A stretch of DNA of 62,632 nt, counting the filler. It is 5 parts of 5 records of this genome, joined end to end, with 100 filler letters (N's around TTAATTAATTAA, not from the genome) between each part and the next. Parts side by side here need not be neighbours in the genome. Positions count along the whole stretch, not along the records: positions 1 to 18,987 come from DRR378314_71; 4 more parts are not named here. One strand, given 5' to 3'. The notes beneath the pieces are model-generated. The model saw only the letters and a program-made list of their open reading frames with translations, did no database searches and was not told where the DNA came from. Below, one piece after another: positions 9,511-19,087 of the stretch. How positions within the stretch are numbered: the stretch's first letter is position 1; every line of letters starts with the position of its first letter. The position numbers and the translations under genes were made by a program.

Positions 9511-9649
9511 CGACATTTTCGCGCACGAACCCGCTTGTGGAGCAAGTTGCAATTGCAATCCATTGGGATAGCTGATTAGAAAAACTCACGAGGTAAGTCT
9601 TAGATGTGCGGTTTCGCTATTGGGAATCGCGCAAATTCTGGAGGTTAAT

Positions 9650-9832
9650 ATGAAGAAACTCGTTCTCGCTGCTGCACTGACTGCTGCTGCTTCGACCGCA
9701 TATGCAGGCAACCTGGAAGAGCCGGTTGTTGAAGCACCTGTTGTTGTCGAAGAAACCCAAGGTTCGTCGCAGGGTATCATCCTGCCGCTGATCCTGCTGG
9801 TTGTTGTTGCCGCCGCTGTTGCAGCAAGCTAA
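9650..9832 (+). CDS. Small (60 aa) exported protein with C-terminal hydrophobic anchor
   Basis: SD GGAGG; signal peptide ending AYA; acidic Pro/Val linker; C-terminal IILPLILLVVVAAAVAAS; own terminator; T/A-ending codons suggest high expression. Confidence 0.8.
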   Translation: MKKLVLAAALTAAASTAYAGNLEEPVVEAPVVVEETQGSSQGIILPLILLVVVAAAVAAS

Positions 9833-9858
9833 GTCGACGAGACTTTAGTCAATTTAAG

Positions 9859-9889
9859 AAGGCGGTGGTGCAAGCCACCGCCTTTTTTT
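9859..9889 (+). terminator. Intrinsic terminator
   Basis: AAGGCGGTGG-TGCAAG-CCACCGCCTT followed by T-run. Confidence 0.85.
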
Positions 9890-9909
9890 ATGCTTGTTGC
9901 CCTGCAGGA

Positions 9910-10959
9910 TCAGTCCAGCCAGCCGCGCAGATTGTCTTCAATCACCTTACTCAGTGCCGAAATATGCGACTCTTCATCGTTGAGGCATGGGATATAGGTG
10001 AACGATTCTCCGCCCGCCTCTTCGAAACTTTCCTTAATCTCTTCGTTGATCTCTTCCAAAGTTTCGATGCAATCGGCCGAGAACGCAGGCGCGATCACTG
10101 CGATGTTCTTTTTGCCTTCGCGCGCCAGCTCAGCCACATGATCGACGGTATACGGTTTCAACCACTCTTCCGGTCCAAAACGCGATTGAAAAGTCGATAC
10201 GAGCTGATCATCCGACCAACCCAAACGCTCTTTCAGAAGTCTTGAGGTCTTGACGCACTGGCAATGATAGGGGTCACCCTGCTGCAGATAGCGTTCCGGC
10301 ATTCCGTGATACGAGCAGACAAGGACATCCGGCTTTGTTTCCATCGCCGCATAAGCACGCTCGACCGAACTTGCTAACGCGTCGATATAAGCGGGTTCGT
10401 CGAAATAGGCAGGTACTGTACGGCTGGATGGTTGCCAGGTTTCTTTCATCAAAGCACGAAAAAATTGATCGTTCGCCGTGGCGGTCGTGGCCCCGGCATA
10501 TTGCGGGTAGAGCGGGAAAAACAAGATCCGGTCGCAGCCCTCTGCCACCATTTCGCGCACTTTCGACGGGGTCGACGGGTTGCCATAGCGCATGCAGAAA
10601 TCGACCATCACTTGATCGCCATACCGATCCTGCAAGGCTGCGCGCAACTTTGCGGTTTGATCCTTGGTGATCGTCATCAGGGGGCTTTCACCCTTGTCGT
10701 GATTCCAAATCGATTTATACGCCTCGCCCGAACTGAAGGGGCGTTTGGTCAGAATGATTCCCTGCAGAATCGGCTGCCACTTCCATGCCGGATAGTCGAT
10801 CACCCGCTTGTCTGACAGGAACTCATTCAGATAGCGCCGCATGGGCCAATAGGTATAGCTGTCCGGTGTCCCAAGATTGGCCAGCAGGATACCGACACGG
10901 CCCGTTTTGACCTTGGGATGGTCTGCGGGTGCATGGGCGGGACGCGTGGCATCAAACAT
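9910..10959 (-). CDS. hemH: Ferrochelatase
   Basis: LANLGTPD, MRYGNPS, PLYPQYA, SYHGMP, FQSRFG, FSADCIETLEEI. Confidence 0.96.
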   Translation of the reverse strand: MFDATRPAHAPADHPKVKTGRVGILLANLGTPDSYTYWPMRRYLNEFLSDKRVIDYPAWKWQPILQGIILTKRPFSSGEAYKSIWNHDKGESPLMTITKDQTAKLRAALQDRYGDQVMVDFCMRYGNPSTPSKVREMVAEGCDRILFFPLYPQYAGATTATANDQFFRALMKETWQPSSRTVPAYFDEPAYIDALASSVERAYAAMETKPDVLVCSYHGMPERYLQQGDPYHCQCVKTSRLLKERLGWSDDQLVSTFQSRFGPEEWLKPYTVDHVAELAREGKKNIAVIAPAFSADCIETLEEINEEIKESFEEAGGESFTYIPCLNDEESHISALSKVIEDNLRGWLD

Positions 10960-11014
10960 GTAAAGCTTCCTCAGTTATGGTGTCTGGCCTGAGATAAAGG
11001 GAAAAGACGGGTCG

Positions 11015-11845
11015 TCAATCGGGCAGTTTGCCCTCATCCGTGCCCAGCGCTTCGGCAAGGCGCATTTGAGCCGACCCCGGACGCAAAGGTTTGGGTTGGC
11101 TGTCATCGGGGGCCCATCCTGTCAGGCAGATCAGCTCAAATGTTGCAGTCAGGTGGCCGTGGGGTGTTTTGAAATGTGTGGCGTAGATATCTTGTGCCTT
11201 GTCGAAGACCGCGCGGCGGGTCGGTTGTTTCAGGCGGTTGGTCAGCGCGTTGGTTTCCCCCATCGCACGCAAATCATGTACCAGATGTGTCAGGTCGCGG
11301 TATTCGGCGGTCAGTGTTGCCTTGTCGGCAACAGGCAGGGCGAGCCCGGCCCTTTGCAACAGCCCACCCAAATCACGGAGTTCGGCCATCGGTGCAACAC
11401 GTGGGCTGAGCCCGCCCGAAACTTCGATCTCGGCCTGACCCAATGCCGCGCGCAATTCCTGTAGGGTGTCCCCCCCAAGACAAACGCTCAGCAGCAAGCC
11501 ATCGGGTTTCAGGGCACGGTGACATTGGATCAACTGGCCAACCGGATCGTTGGCCCAATGCAGCGCCATCGCATGGATAACCAGGTCATGCGCGCCTGGT
11601 GTCAGATTCAGGACCTCATCATCCCTGATGATCCGGACCTCGGGCCATAAACCCTCCCATATGTGAGGGAACGGGGTCACGACGGCGGGTGCCTTAAATG
11701 ATTTGTTAACCATGGACAGACGATCCTGCACTTCGTCAACCGCGGCGCGGTGCAGGAAAAGCGCGTCGTCCCGCACGCGATTGCGGTGAAGTGCGATCAC
11801 AGCGCGGTCAAACAGAGAGGGTGCAGTGGCGGACGGCAGTTTCAT
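11015..11845 (-). CDS. SAM-dependent methyltransferase (BioC/NDUFAF5-like; start uncertain)
   Basis: LHWANDPVGQL, LKPDGLL, GGLSPRVAP, DLRAMGE, QPKPLRPGSA; conserved divergent pairing with comF. Confidence 0.8.
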   Translation of the reverse strand: MKLPSATAPSLFDRAVIALHRNRVRDDALFLHRAAVDEVQDRLSMVNKSFKAPAVVTPFPHIWEGLWPEVRIIRDDEVLNLTPGAHDLVIHAMALHWANDPVGQLIQCHRALKPDGLLLSVCLGGDTLQELRAALGQAEIEVSGGLSPRVAPMAELRDLGGLLQRAGLALPVADKATLTAEYRDLTHLVHDLRAMGETNALTNRLKQPTRRAVFDKAQDIYATHFKTPHGHLTATFELICLTGWAPDDSQPKPLRPGSAQMRLAEALGTDEGKLPD

Positions 11846-12590
11846 AAGCCGCAAGTATCGCATTCGTCAGGGGATTCAAACCGCTGTCGAGATGATCTAT
11901 CCCCCCCGCTGTCTTTCCTGCGGTGCACTGACCGAATCAGACTTTGGCCTGTGTGGCCCGTGCTGGCGCGATACACCGTTTATCGGCGGCACAGTTTGCG
12001 AAAGCTGCGGCATGCCGGTTCCCGGTGCGCAGGACGGGTACCGGATCGAATGTGATGATTGCCTGAGAATCCCGCGCGCGTGGCATGATGGTCGGGCTGC
12101 ACTGCGCTATAAGGGGGGTGCCAAAGCGCTGATACTTGCGTTGAAACATGGGGATCGGCCGGAACTGGCGCGCCCCACCGCGCGCTGGATGGCCCGAGCC
12201 GGGCGCGAGTTGTTACGCCCGAACATGTTGATCGCGCCGGTTCCCCTGCATTGGTCCCGGCTGATCCGGCGGCGTTATAACCAATCGGCATTGCTGGCGT
12301 ATCATTTGGGCCGGGAAACGGGTTTGCCCGTATGCCCGGATCTTTTGAGGCGCACGGTGCGAACCCCTGTTCTGGACGGAAAAACAGCGGTTGAGCGTTC
12401 CGCTGCGCTTGCCGACGCCATAGCTACGCATCGTAAACGTACGCACCTAATGCAGGGGCGCGATATTCTACTTGTGGATGATGTCATGACCTCGGGCGCG
12501 ACGTTTGAGGCTTGCGCGCGTGTCTGTCGCGCGTCAGGGGCAAATCATATTTCCGTGTTGGTACTGGCGCGCGTTGCCAAGGATGCTTAA
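11826..12590 (+). CDS. comF: ComF family protein (zinc ribbon + PRTase-like domain; start uncertain)
   Basis: Four CxxC motifs, PVPLHWSRL, RRYNQSALL, LVDDVMTSGAT. Confidence 0.88.
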   Translation: MADGSFISRKYRIRQGIQTAVEMIYPPRCLSCGALTESDFGLCGPCWRDTPFIGGTVCESCGMPVPGAQDGYRIECDDCLRIPRAWHDGRAALRYKGGAKALILALKHGDRPELARPTARWMARAGRELLRPNMLIAPVPLHWSRLIRRRYNQSALLAYHLGRETGLPVCPDLLRRTVRTPVLDGKTAVERSAALADAIATHRKRTHLMQGRDILLVDDVMTSGATFEACARVCRASGANHISVLVLARVAKDA

Positions 12591-12627
12591 TTCGCGGAAG
12601 ATTGCGCGAATTCCAAAAGGACGAAGA

Positions 12628-12885
12628 ATGAAATCGGTTGAAATCTATACCTCGCCGCTCTGTGGGTTTTGCCACGCGGCGAAGCGGTTGCTGAAACAAA
12701 AAGGCGTCGAATTTTCAGAAGTTGACGTTCTGATGCACCCCAAACGCAAGCCCGAGATGATCCAGCGGGCGGGCGGCAAGCGCACAGTACCACAGATATT
12801 CATCGGACAGACCCATGTGGGTGGCTGTGACGAACTGTACGAGCTTGAGCGTCAGGGCAAGCTGGATCGCCTGCTCGCGGCGTGA
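12628..12885 (+). CDS. grxC: Glutaredoxin 3
   Basis: Start ATG 12628; CGFC, TVPQIFIG, GGCDEL. Confidence 0.93.
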   Translation: MKSVEIYTSPLCGFCHAAKRLLKQKGVEFSEVDVLMHPKRKPEMIQRAGGKRTVPQIFIGQTHVGGCDELYELERQGKLDRLLAA

Positions 12886-13715
12886 TGAAAACCGCGCTGC
12901 TGCAGATCACCGCATCGGATGATCCCACCGAAAATCTGGACATGGTGCGCACGATGATGGCTGCTGCTGCCGCCGACGGTGCGCGCTTTATCCTGACGCC
13001 CGAGGTGACGAACTGTGTCTCGACCAGCACCACGCGGCAACGCGAAGTTTTGCAACATGAAGAAGATGACATCACCCTGGCTGGCCTGCGAGAACAGGCC
13101 GTCAATCTGGGTGTCTGGCTGCTGATCGGATCACTGGCGATCAAGACCCATGGCGCCGATGGCCGTTTTGCCAACCGCTCATTCATGATCGGCCCAAAGG
13201 GGCAGATCGTGGCGCGGTATGACAAGATACACATGTTCGACGTGCAGGTCACCGAAACCGAGACGTTTCGCGAATCAAAGAACTATCGCCCCGGTGAGAA
13301 AGCCGTGATTGCCGAGACCGACTTCGGCAAGGTCGGTCTGTCGATCTGCTATGATATCCGCTTCCCGCATCTCTATGCCGCGCTGGCGCAGGCTGGGGCG
13401 CGGATTTTGACCGTTCCTGCCGCGTTTTCACCGGTTACAGGTGCGGCACATTGGGAATCGCTGCTGCGCGCCCGGGCCATTGAAAACGGCTGCTGGGTGA
13501 TTGCCCCGGCGCAGACCGGAGAACACCCCAAGACGCGCGGTAGAACGCGTTATACTTATGGTCACAGCATGGTTGTGGCCCCGTGGGGAGAGGTGCTGAT
13601 CGACGCAGGCACCGATCCAGGCATTCACATTTTCGAGATGCATGATAGTTCTGTATCCGAGGCGCGCCGCAAGGTGCCCTCGTTGACACATATCCGTCGC
13701 TTCGACGGACCCTGA
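12885..13715 (+). CDS. Carbon-nitrogen hydrolase (Nit1/deaminated glutathione amidase-like)
   Basis: TPE, YDKIHMFD, ICYDIRFP catalytic E-K-C triad; ARAIEN; YGHSMVVAPWG. Confidence 0.9.
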   Translation: MKTALLQITASDDPTENLDMVRTMMAAAAADGARFILTPEVTNCVSTSTTRQREVLQHEEDDITLAGLREQAVNLGVWLLIGSLAIKTHGADGRFANRSFMIGPKGQIVARYDKIHMFDVQVTETETFRESKNYRPGEKAVIAETDFGKVGLSICYDIRFPHLYAALAQAGARILTVPAAFSPVTGAAHWESLLRARAIENGCWVIAPAQTGEHPKTRGRTRYTYGHSMVVAPWGEVLIDAGTDPGIHIFEMHDSSVSEARRKVPSLTHIRRFDGP

Positions 13716-13729
13716 TCCAGAACCGGACT

Positions 13730-14170
13730 ATGACTGACGAGAAAAATGCCCTGGCGGTCACGCTGTTCAGCGAAATCCTGACCGCAGACCAGCTGTTGCG
13801 CAACCGGCTGAGCCGGGTGCTGCCCAAGGGCATGGAAATCTCGCATTTCTCGGTGCTGAATCATCTGGTCTTTGTGGGCGACGAGCGCAGCCCGGCGCAA
13901 TTGGCCAATACGTTCCATGTGACCCGAGGGGCGATGACCAACACGTTGGCCAAGCTGGAATGGGCTGGATACATCCACATCCGCCCCGACTGGGACGACG
14001 CCCGCCGCAAGATGGTCGCCATCAGCCCCGCCGGTCGCCGTGCGCGCGATCAGGCGATCTCCTCCATCGCGCCGCTGATCAACCGCGTGGTCGGAGAGCT
14101 GGGGCTGGAGCGGGTCCGCAGCACCCTGCCCGTATTGCGGGATTTGCGGTTGCAATTGGAAGGGGAGTAG
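13730..14170 (+). CDS. MarR family transcriptional regulator
   Basis: HFSVLNHL, LANTFHVTRGAMTNTL, DDARRKMVAISPAG winged HTH. Confidence 0.88.
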   Translation: MTDEKNALAVTLFSEILTADQLLRNRLSRVLPKGMEISHFSVLNHLVFVGDERSPAQLANTFHVTRGAMTNTLAKLEWAGYIHIRPDWDDARRKMVAISPAGRRARDQAISSIAPLINRVVGELGLERVRSTLPVLRDLRLQLEGE

Positions 14171-14177
14171 GAAGGTC

Positions 14178-14948
14178 ATGCGTTGGTTTAGGAAGCGACG
14201 GAAATCCAGGGGGCTTTCAGAGAACGTGACTTCGCCAACCTCTTCGGCGGCATCCGCTGACGAAGATCAACAAAATCGATCTAACCTGAAGACTGCAAAG
14301 CCGAGTAGTGCAATCTGGGTCAGCGATGTTTACCGAAGACATGAACTGAGTATTGGTTTTGTGACTGCGCCCATGCGAAACAAGATCACTTCGATCAAGT
14401 TTCGCGACGAAGATGTCGAAATCGCTAAGAAACATCGTGATGGAGATAGAAAAAATTCCCGTGGCGAGCATGTCGAACCAGACGCAATACCGAATGAACT
14501 ATATTGGAACCTAAGCGAAGCGCCGCCAAGTACTATCCCGCCCGTGTTCAGCGCAGGGCACCCAATGTTGCGTGCGGATGTTGCAGAGATTTTTGAGCAT
14601 CATGATTTAGGTCAAGCACGTCTGCAAGAAACGCAACTTTTTGGCTATGATGCGGAAGCACCGCTTGATCATGTCGCCTATGCCTTGATTTTCCAAAATC
14701 AAAAGCCCGCTATCGATATAGCAAAGAGCGATGTGGTTCCTGTTTGGCCTGGGCGCGAGGTGTTTAAGCCTAAACCAGATGCCTCACTTGCTGATTACCT
14801 TGTGCCGGATGCCAGAGCGGTAAATGGTCCGGCAGTCTGGATTGATCCTTGTATGTTTAGGTTCTTTTTCCTTAGTGACGCGCTTGGCAGTGAACTATCG
14901 GCCGCCGGTTATGGCCCCGCTTTTGGGCTGACGCGCCTGGAGTTCTAA
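14178..14948 (+). CDS. Hypothetical protein, C-terminal part resembles Imm11/DUF1629 immunity-protein family
   Basis: Intact ORF with SD; visibly less GC-rich than neighbours; AEIFEHHDLG...YALIF...AIDIAKS...VWID...FFLSDALGSELSAAG pattern. Confidence 0.5.
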   Translation: MRWFRKRRKSRGLSENVTSPTSSAASADEDQQNRSNLKTAKPSSAIWVSDVYRRHELSIGFVTAPMRNKITSIKFRDEDVEIAKKHRDGDRKNSRGEHVEPDAIPNELYWNLSEAPPSTIPPVFSAGHPMLRADVAEIFEHHDLGQARLQETQLFGYDAEAPLDHVAYALIFQNQKPAIDIAKSDVVPVWPGREVFKPKPDASLADYLVPDARAVNGPAVWIDPCMFRFFFLSDALGSELSAAGYGPAFGLTRLEF

Positions 14949-14978
14949 GCAATTGTAGGGTGGTTGGGTGCACCCATC

Positions 14979-15725
14979 CTAGCCCGGTTTCACACTCGCC
15001 GTCACATAATTCACGCTCAGATCCCGGTCTGAGATCGACCAGCTCCACAGGATCGGGTTGAACACGAACCCCTTGCGGTCCACCGGGTCCAGCCCGGCCT
15101 GACGCAGCAACTCGAACAACTCCTCAGGCGTGATGAACTTGTTCCATTCATGTGTGCCGCGCGGCAGCCAGCGCATGACGACCTCGGCCCCGAAAATGGC
15201 CATCGCATAGGATTTCGGGTTGCGGTTGAGTGTGGAACAAATCTCTAGCCCGCCGGGTTTCAGCAATTGCTGCGTGGCGGTCAGAAAGCTGAGCGGGTCG
15301 GCAACATGTTCGACCACTTCCATGTTTAAAACCACGTCGAACTGTTCGCCTGCAGCAGCCATGGCCTCGGCTGTGGTGTGGCGATAGTCGATTTCCAACC
15401 CCGATTGTTCGGCATGGATGCGGGCGACGGGCAGGTTGCCCTCGGCGGCGTCTGCCCCAATAACCTCAGCGCCAAGGCGGGCCATGGGTTCGCTCAGCAA
15501 CCCTCCACCACAGCCGATATCCAGCAGGCGCAGGCCTTCGAATGGGCGCGGAACCTTCAGATCACGGTCAAATTCGCCCGCAATCTGCTGTGTGATATAA
15601 TCCAAACGGCACGGATTCAGCATGTGCAGGGGTTTGAATTTCCCATGGGGATCCCACCATTCCGCCGCCATCGCCTCAAATTTTGCGATCTCGGACGGGT
15701 CAACCGTGTTCGGATGCGCTTGCAT
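14979..15725 (-). CDS. ubiG: Ubiquinone biosynthesis O-methyltransferase
   Basis: [49 protein letters not shown]. Confidence 0.95.
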   Translation of the reverse strand: MQAHPNTVDPSEIAKFEAMAAEWWDPHGKFKPLHMLNPCRLDYITQQIAGEFDRDLKVPRPFEGLRLLDIGCGGGLLSEPMARLGAEVIGADAAEGNLPVARIHAEQSGLEIDYRHTTAEAMAAAGEQFDVVLNMEVVEHVADPLSFLTATQQLLKPGGLEICSTLNRNPKSYAMAIFGAEVVMRWLPRGTHEWNKFITPEELFELLRQAGLDPVDRKGFVFNPILWSWSISDRDLSVNYVTASVKPG

Positions 15726-15773
15726 TCCTGTCTCCGTGTGCTCTTTTACGCTTAAGGACTATATAGGGCCATA

Positions 15774-16751
15774 ATGGACAAGTACCCGGACCAAAAGCGC
15801 GCAGTTCAATATCTGTACCCGCCGATCGATCCTTTTGATCAGCGCATGGTCGATATGGGCGATGGGCACCGTATCTATGTGGAGCAATGCGGCAATCCCG
15901 ATGGCATTCCCGTGGTGATTCTGCACGGGGGTCCCGGCGGTGGATGCAGCCCGGCAATGCGGCGGTATTTCGATCCTACCGCGTATCGAATGATTCTGTT
16001 CGATCAGCGGGGATGTGGCCGGTCGCGGCCCACGGCGTCGGTTGACGGGAACACAACATGGCATTTAGTGGCCGATATCGAACGGCTGCGCGAATTGTTC
16101 GAGATTGAGGATTGGATTGCGTTTGGTGGCAGCTGGGGGGCGACTCTGGCGTTGATCTACGCACAGACGCATCCGGATCGGGTCAACCGTCTGGTGCTGC
16201 GCGGCGTGTTTCTGGCAACGCAGGCCGAGCTGGACTGGTTCTATGGCGGCGGCGCCGGGCGTTTCTGGCCTGAGCAATGGGCGAAATTCACCTCTTTGCT
16301 GCCTGAGGCCGATCTCCAAGATCCAATTGCGGCCTATAACAAACGCCTTTTCTCTGGTGATCGCGCGACCGAGATTCTGTACGCGCGTGCCTGGTCCCAT
16401 TGGGAGAACGCGCTGGCCTCGATCCATACCAACGGCTCGGTCGGTGAAAGTCCGGGTGAATATGCGCGCACTTTTGCGCGACTTGAGAATCACTATTTCA
16501 TCAATAAAGCCTTCCTTGAGAAGGACGGGCAAATTCTGGATCAAATGGACCGAATCGCGCATATCCCCGGGCATATCGTTCAGGGGCGCTATGACATGAT
16601 TTGCCCACCCCACGCGGCGTGGAGCCTTGCCGAACGCTGGCCCAATGCCGAGTTGAAGATGGTCCGTCACGCGGGCCACGCGTTGTCAGAACCCGGAATT
16701 AGTGCCGAGTTGGTCCGTATCATGGACCTCGTGGCCGAGGGGGTATCATGA
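15774..16751 (+). CDS. pip: Proline iminopeptidase
   Basis: HGGPGGG, DQRGCGRS, GGSWG nucleophile, GRYDMICP, AGH. Confidence 0.94.
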   Translation: MDKYPDQKRAVQYLYPPIDPFDQRMVDMGDGHRIYVEQCGNPDGIPVVILHGGPGGGCSPAMRRYFDPTAYRMILFDQRGCGRSRPTASVDGNTTWHLVADIERLRELFEIEDWIAFGGSWGATLALIYAQTHPDRVNRLVLRGVFLATQAELDWFYGGGAGRFWPEQWAKFTSLLPEADLQDPIAAYNKRLFSGDRATEILYARAWSHWENALASIHTNGSVGESPGEYARTFARLENHYFINKAFLEKDGQILDQMDRIAHIPGHIVQGRYDMICPPHAAWSLAERWPNAELKMVRHAGHALSEPGISAELVRIMDLVAEGVS

Positions 16752-17569
16752 CGCGGATCGACCGCCGTGCGTTATTCGCCTCGGGTGCTGCTGCCGCGCT
16801 GCTGGCGGCGACGGGGGCCTCATTGGCGGACACGCCGAAATCGGGTGGAACGCTAAGGCTGGCAGTGCCACGGGATAACAGTCTTGAGCAGGTGGCCCGC
16901 GGCGCTGTGTTCGATACCCTAACCGAAATCGCGCCCGACGGCACCTTGCGCGGAGAGCTGGCGACAGGCTGGCAAACCGATGCAGAAGCCCGTGTCTGGC
17001 GGTTTGTTTTGCGCTGCGATGTGCGCTTCCACGATGGCGCGACACTGGATGTTGCCGATGTGGTGGCAGTTCTGAACGGGTTGGGACGGGCCGAGGCCTT
17101 GTCACCCGACACGGTTCAATTGGAATTGGCCGAGGCCGATCCGGGGCTCCCTTTCGTGTTGGCAGATAATCGGTTTGTTATTACGCGCGAAGGGCAGGAT
17201 GTGACACCTTTGCACACGGCCAATGGCACCGGGTGTTTTCAAGTTGAGCGGGCCGAGGATGGGCGCCATTTTCTGGGGCGCAAGGTTGCTGGCCATTACA
17301 AGGCCGGTTCTGCAGGTTGGGCGGATGCGGTAGAAATCATTGTGATTCCCGACGCTCGTGTGCGCGCCGAGGCGCTGCGTGATGGCTATGTGGACATCGC
17401 GGCCCTTCCAGCGCGTGATGAACTGAAGGGGCATCGCAGGCTACGTTTTCACCCGGATGAAGCAGATATGGCACTGGCCGTAGCCCCCCATGTGGGGATG
17501 CCACGACAGATCGGTGCGGGCCATCCGCTTGATGATGGCCGCATCGCTGAACGGTGGTGGCTGGCGTAA
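16748..17569 (+). CDS. Short family-5 ABC substrate-binding protein, Tat-exported
   Basis: IDRRALF Tat signal; PKSGGTLR, GELATGW, VRFHDG, NGTGCF, C-terminal AERWW; only 273 aa. Confidence 0.75.
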   Translation: MTRIDRRALFASGAAAALLAATGASLADTPKSGGTLRLAVPRDNSLEQVARGAVFDTLTEIAPDGTLRGELATGWQTDAEARVWRFVLRCDVRFHDGATLDVADVVAVLNGLGRAEALSPDTVQLELAEADPGLPFVLADNRFVITREGQDVTPLHTANGTGCFQVERAEDGRHFLGRKVAGHYKAGSAGWADAVEIIVIPDARVRAEALRDGYVDIAALPARDELKGHRRLRFHPDEADMALAVAPHVGMPRQIGAGHPLDDGRIAERWWLA

Positions 17570-17594
17570 ATCCGTTCACAAATTTCGCTGGGGG

Positions 17595-17623
17595 TTGCAG
17601 ACTCGGAAACTCCTGCGTATATG
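17595..17623 (+). promoter_or_regulatory. sigma70-type promoter of rimP-nusA
   Basis: TTGCAG-17 nt-TATATG. Confidence 0.5.
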
Positions 17624-17678
17624 CATTTGCAACAGCGGCGCGTTGGACTTCTGATCCGAGGCTCCACCGGAAATTTCG

Positions 17679-17701
17679 ACGGGCCGCGCGCCCGTTTTTT
17701 T
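17679..17701 (+). terminator. Terminator-like hairpin in the rimP leader (attenuator)
   Basis: ACGGGC-CGCGC-GCCCGT plus T-run ending 27 nt before the rimP ATG. Confidence 0.6.
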
Positions 17702-17728
17702 GTGCCCGATTGAAGGGTAGAGAACCTT

Positions 17729-18319
17729 ATGACAAACGACCTGATAGCAAAAGCTGCCATCGACCGGCGACTGGCCGAGATCATCACCCCCGTGATCGAG
17801 GACCTGGGGTATGAACTTGTGCGCATTCGCCTGATGAGCGGCAAGATGACCACGCTGCAGATCATGGCCGACAAGCCTGACGGTGGAATCGAAGTGGACG
17901 ATTGCGCCGAAATCTCCAATGCAGTCAGCGCCACGCTGGATGTCGAGGACCCGATCCTTGATGCCTACGCGCTGGAAGTGTCCAGCCCCGGGATCGACCG
18001 CCCGCTGACCCGTCTCAAGGATTTTGAGATGTTCGAGGGCTATGAGGCCAAGATCGAGACCGCCGAATTGATCGATGGTCGCCGTCGGTTCAAGGGCGAA
18101 CTGGCCGGAATTGAGGGGGATGAGGTTCTGATCAACATCCCCGAGGGAGATGAGACGATCACAATCGGTCTGCAATTTGACTGGCTGAGCGACGCCAAGC
18201 TGGTCCTGACCGATGAACTGATCAAGGAAATGCTGCGCCAGCGCAAAGACGCCGGTGCCCTGAACGAAAACGCTTTCGACGAGATTGAGACCGAAGGGTC
18301 CGAAGAGGAGACGAACTGA
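17729..18319 (+). CDS. rimP: Ribosome maturation factor RimP
   Basis: [32 protein letters not shown]. Confidence 0.95.
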   Translation: MTNDLIAKAAIDRRLAEIITPVIEDLGYELVRIRLMSGKMTTLQIMADKPDGGIEVDDCAEISNAVSATLDVEDPILDAYALEVSSPGIDRPLTRLKDFEMFEGYEAKIETAELIDGRRRFKGELAGIEGDEVLINIPEGDETITIGLQFDWLSDAKLVLTDELIKEMLRQRKDAGALNENAFDEIETEGSEEETN

Positions 18320-18987
18320 TGGCAATCACCTCAGCCAACCAGCTGGAGCTGCTGCAGACCGCCGAGGCCGTGGCCCGCGAAAAGATGATCGACCCCGGTC
18401 TGGTTGTCGAAGCGATGGAGGAATCGCTCGCCCGTGCCGCCAAGAGCCGTTACGGCGCCGAGATGGACATCCGTGTCAGCATTGACCGCAAGACCGGCAA
18501 GGCGACCTTCACGCGCGTTCGTACTGTGGTTGAGGATGAAGAGCTTGAGAATTATCAGGCGGAAATGACCGTTGATCAGGCCAAGCAATACTTGGAAGCG
18601 CCCGAAGTCGGTAACGTTTATGTCGAAGAAGTGCCGCCGGTTGAAATGGGCCGGATCGCTGCGCAGTCGGCCAAGCAGGTGATCCTGCAAAAGGTCCGCG
18701 AAGCCGAGCGTGATCGCCAGTACGAAGACTTCAAGGATCGCGCGGGCACCATCATCAACGGTGCGGTCAAGCGCGAAGAATTTGGCAATGTCATCGTCGA
18801 TCTAGGCGGTGCCGAGGCCGTTCTGCGCCGCAACGACAAGATCGGTCGCGAGAGCTATCGCCCGAATGACCGTGTGCGTGCGTACATCAAGGAAGTCCGC
18901 CGCGAGGTTCGTGGCCACCAGATCTTCCTGTCGCGCACCGCACCGGAATTCATGGCTGAGCTGTTCAAGATGGAAGTGCCGGAAATC
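18319..18987 (+). CDS. nusA: Transcription termination/antitermination factor NusA (truncated by contig end)
   Basis: [41 protein letters not shown]. Confidence 0.96.
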
Positions 18988-19087
18988 NNNNNNNNNNNNN
19001 NNNNNNNNNNNNNNNNNNNNNNNNNNNNNNNTTAATTAATTAANNNNNNNNNNNNNNNNNNNNNNNNNNNNNNNNNNNNNNNNNNNN
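18988..19087. other. Artificial contig spacer
   Basis: 44 N + TTAATTAATTAA (stop in six frames) + 44 N; base composition and taxon switch across it. Confidence 0.98.

Noticed and set aside
19032-19043. TTAATTAATTAA palindrome repeated four times
   Set aside because: Synthetic six-frame-stop linker inside N padding, not biological
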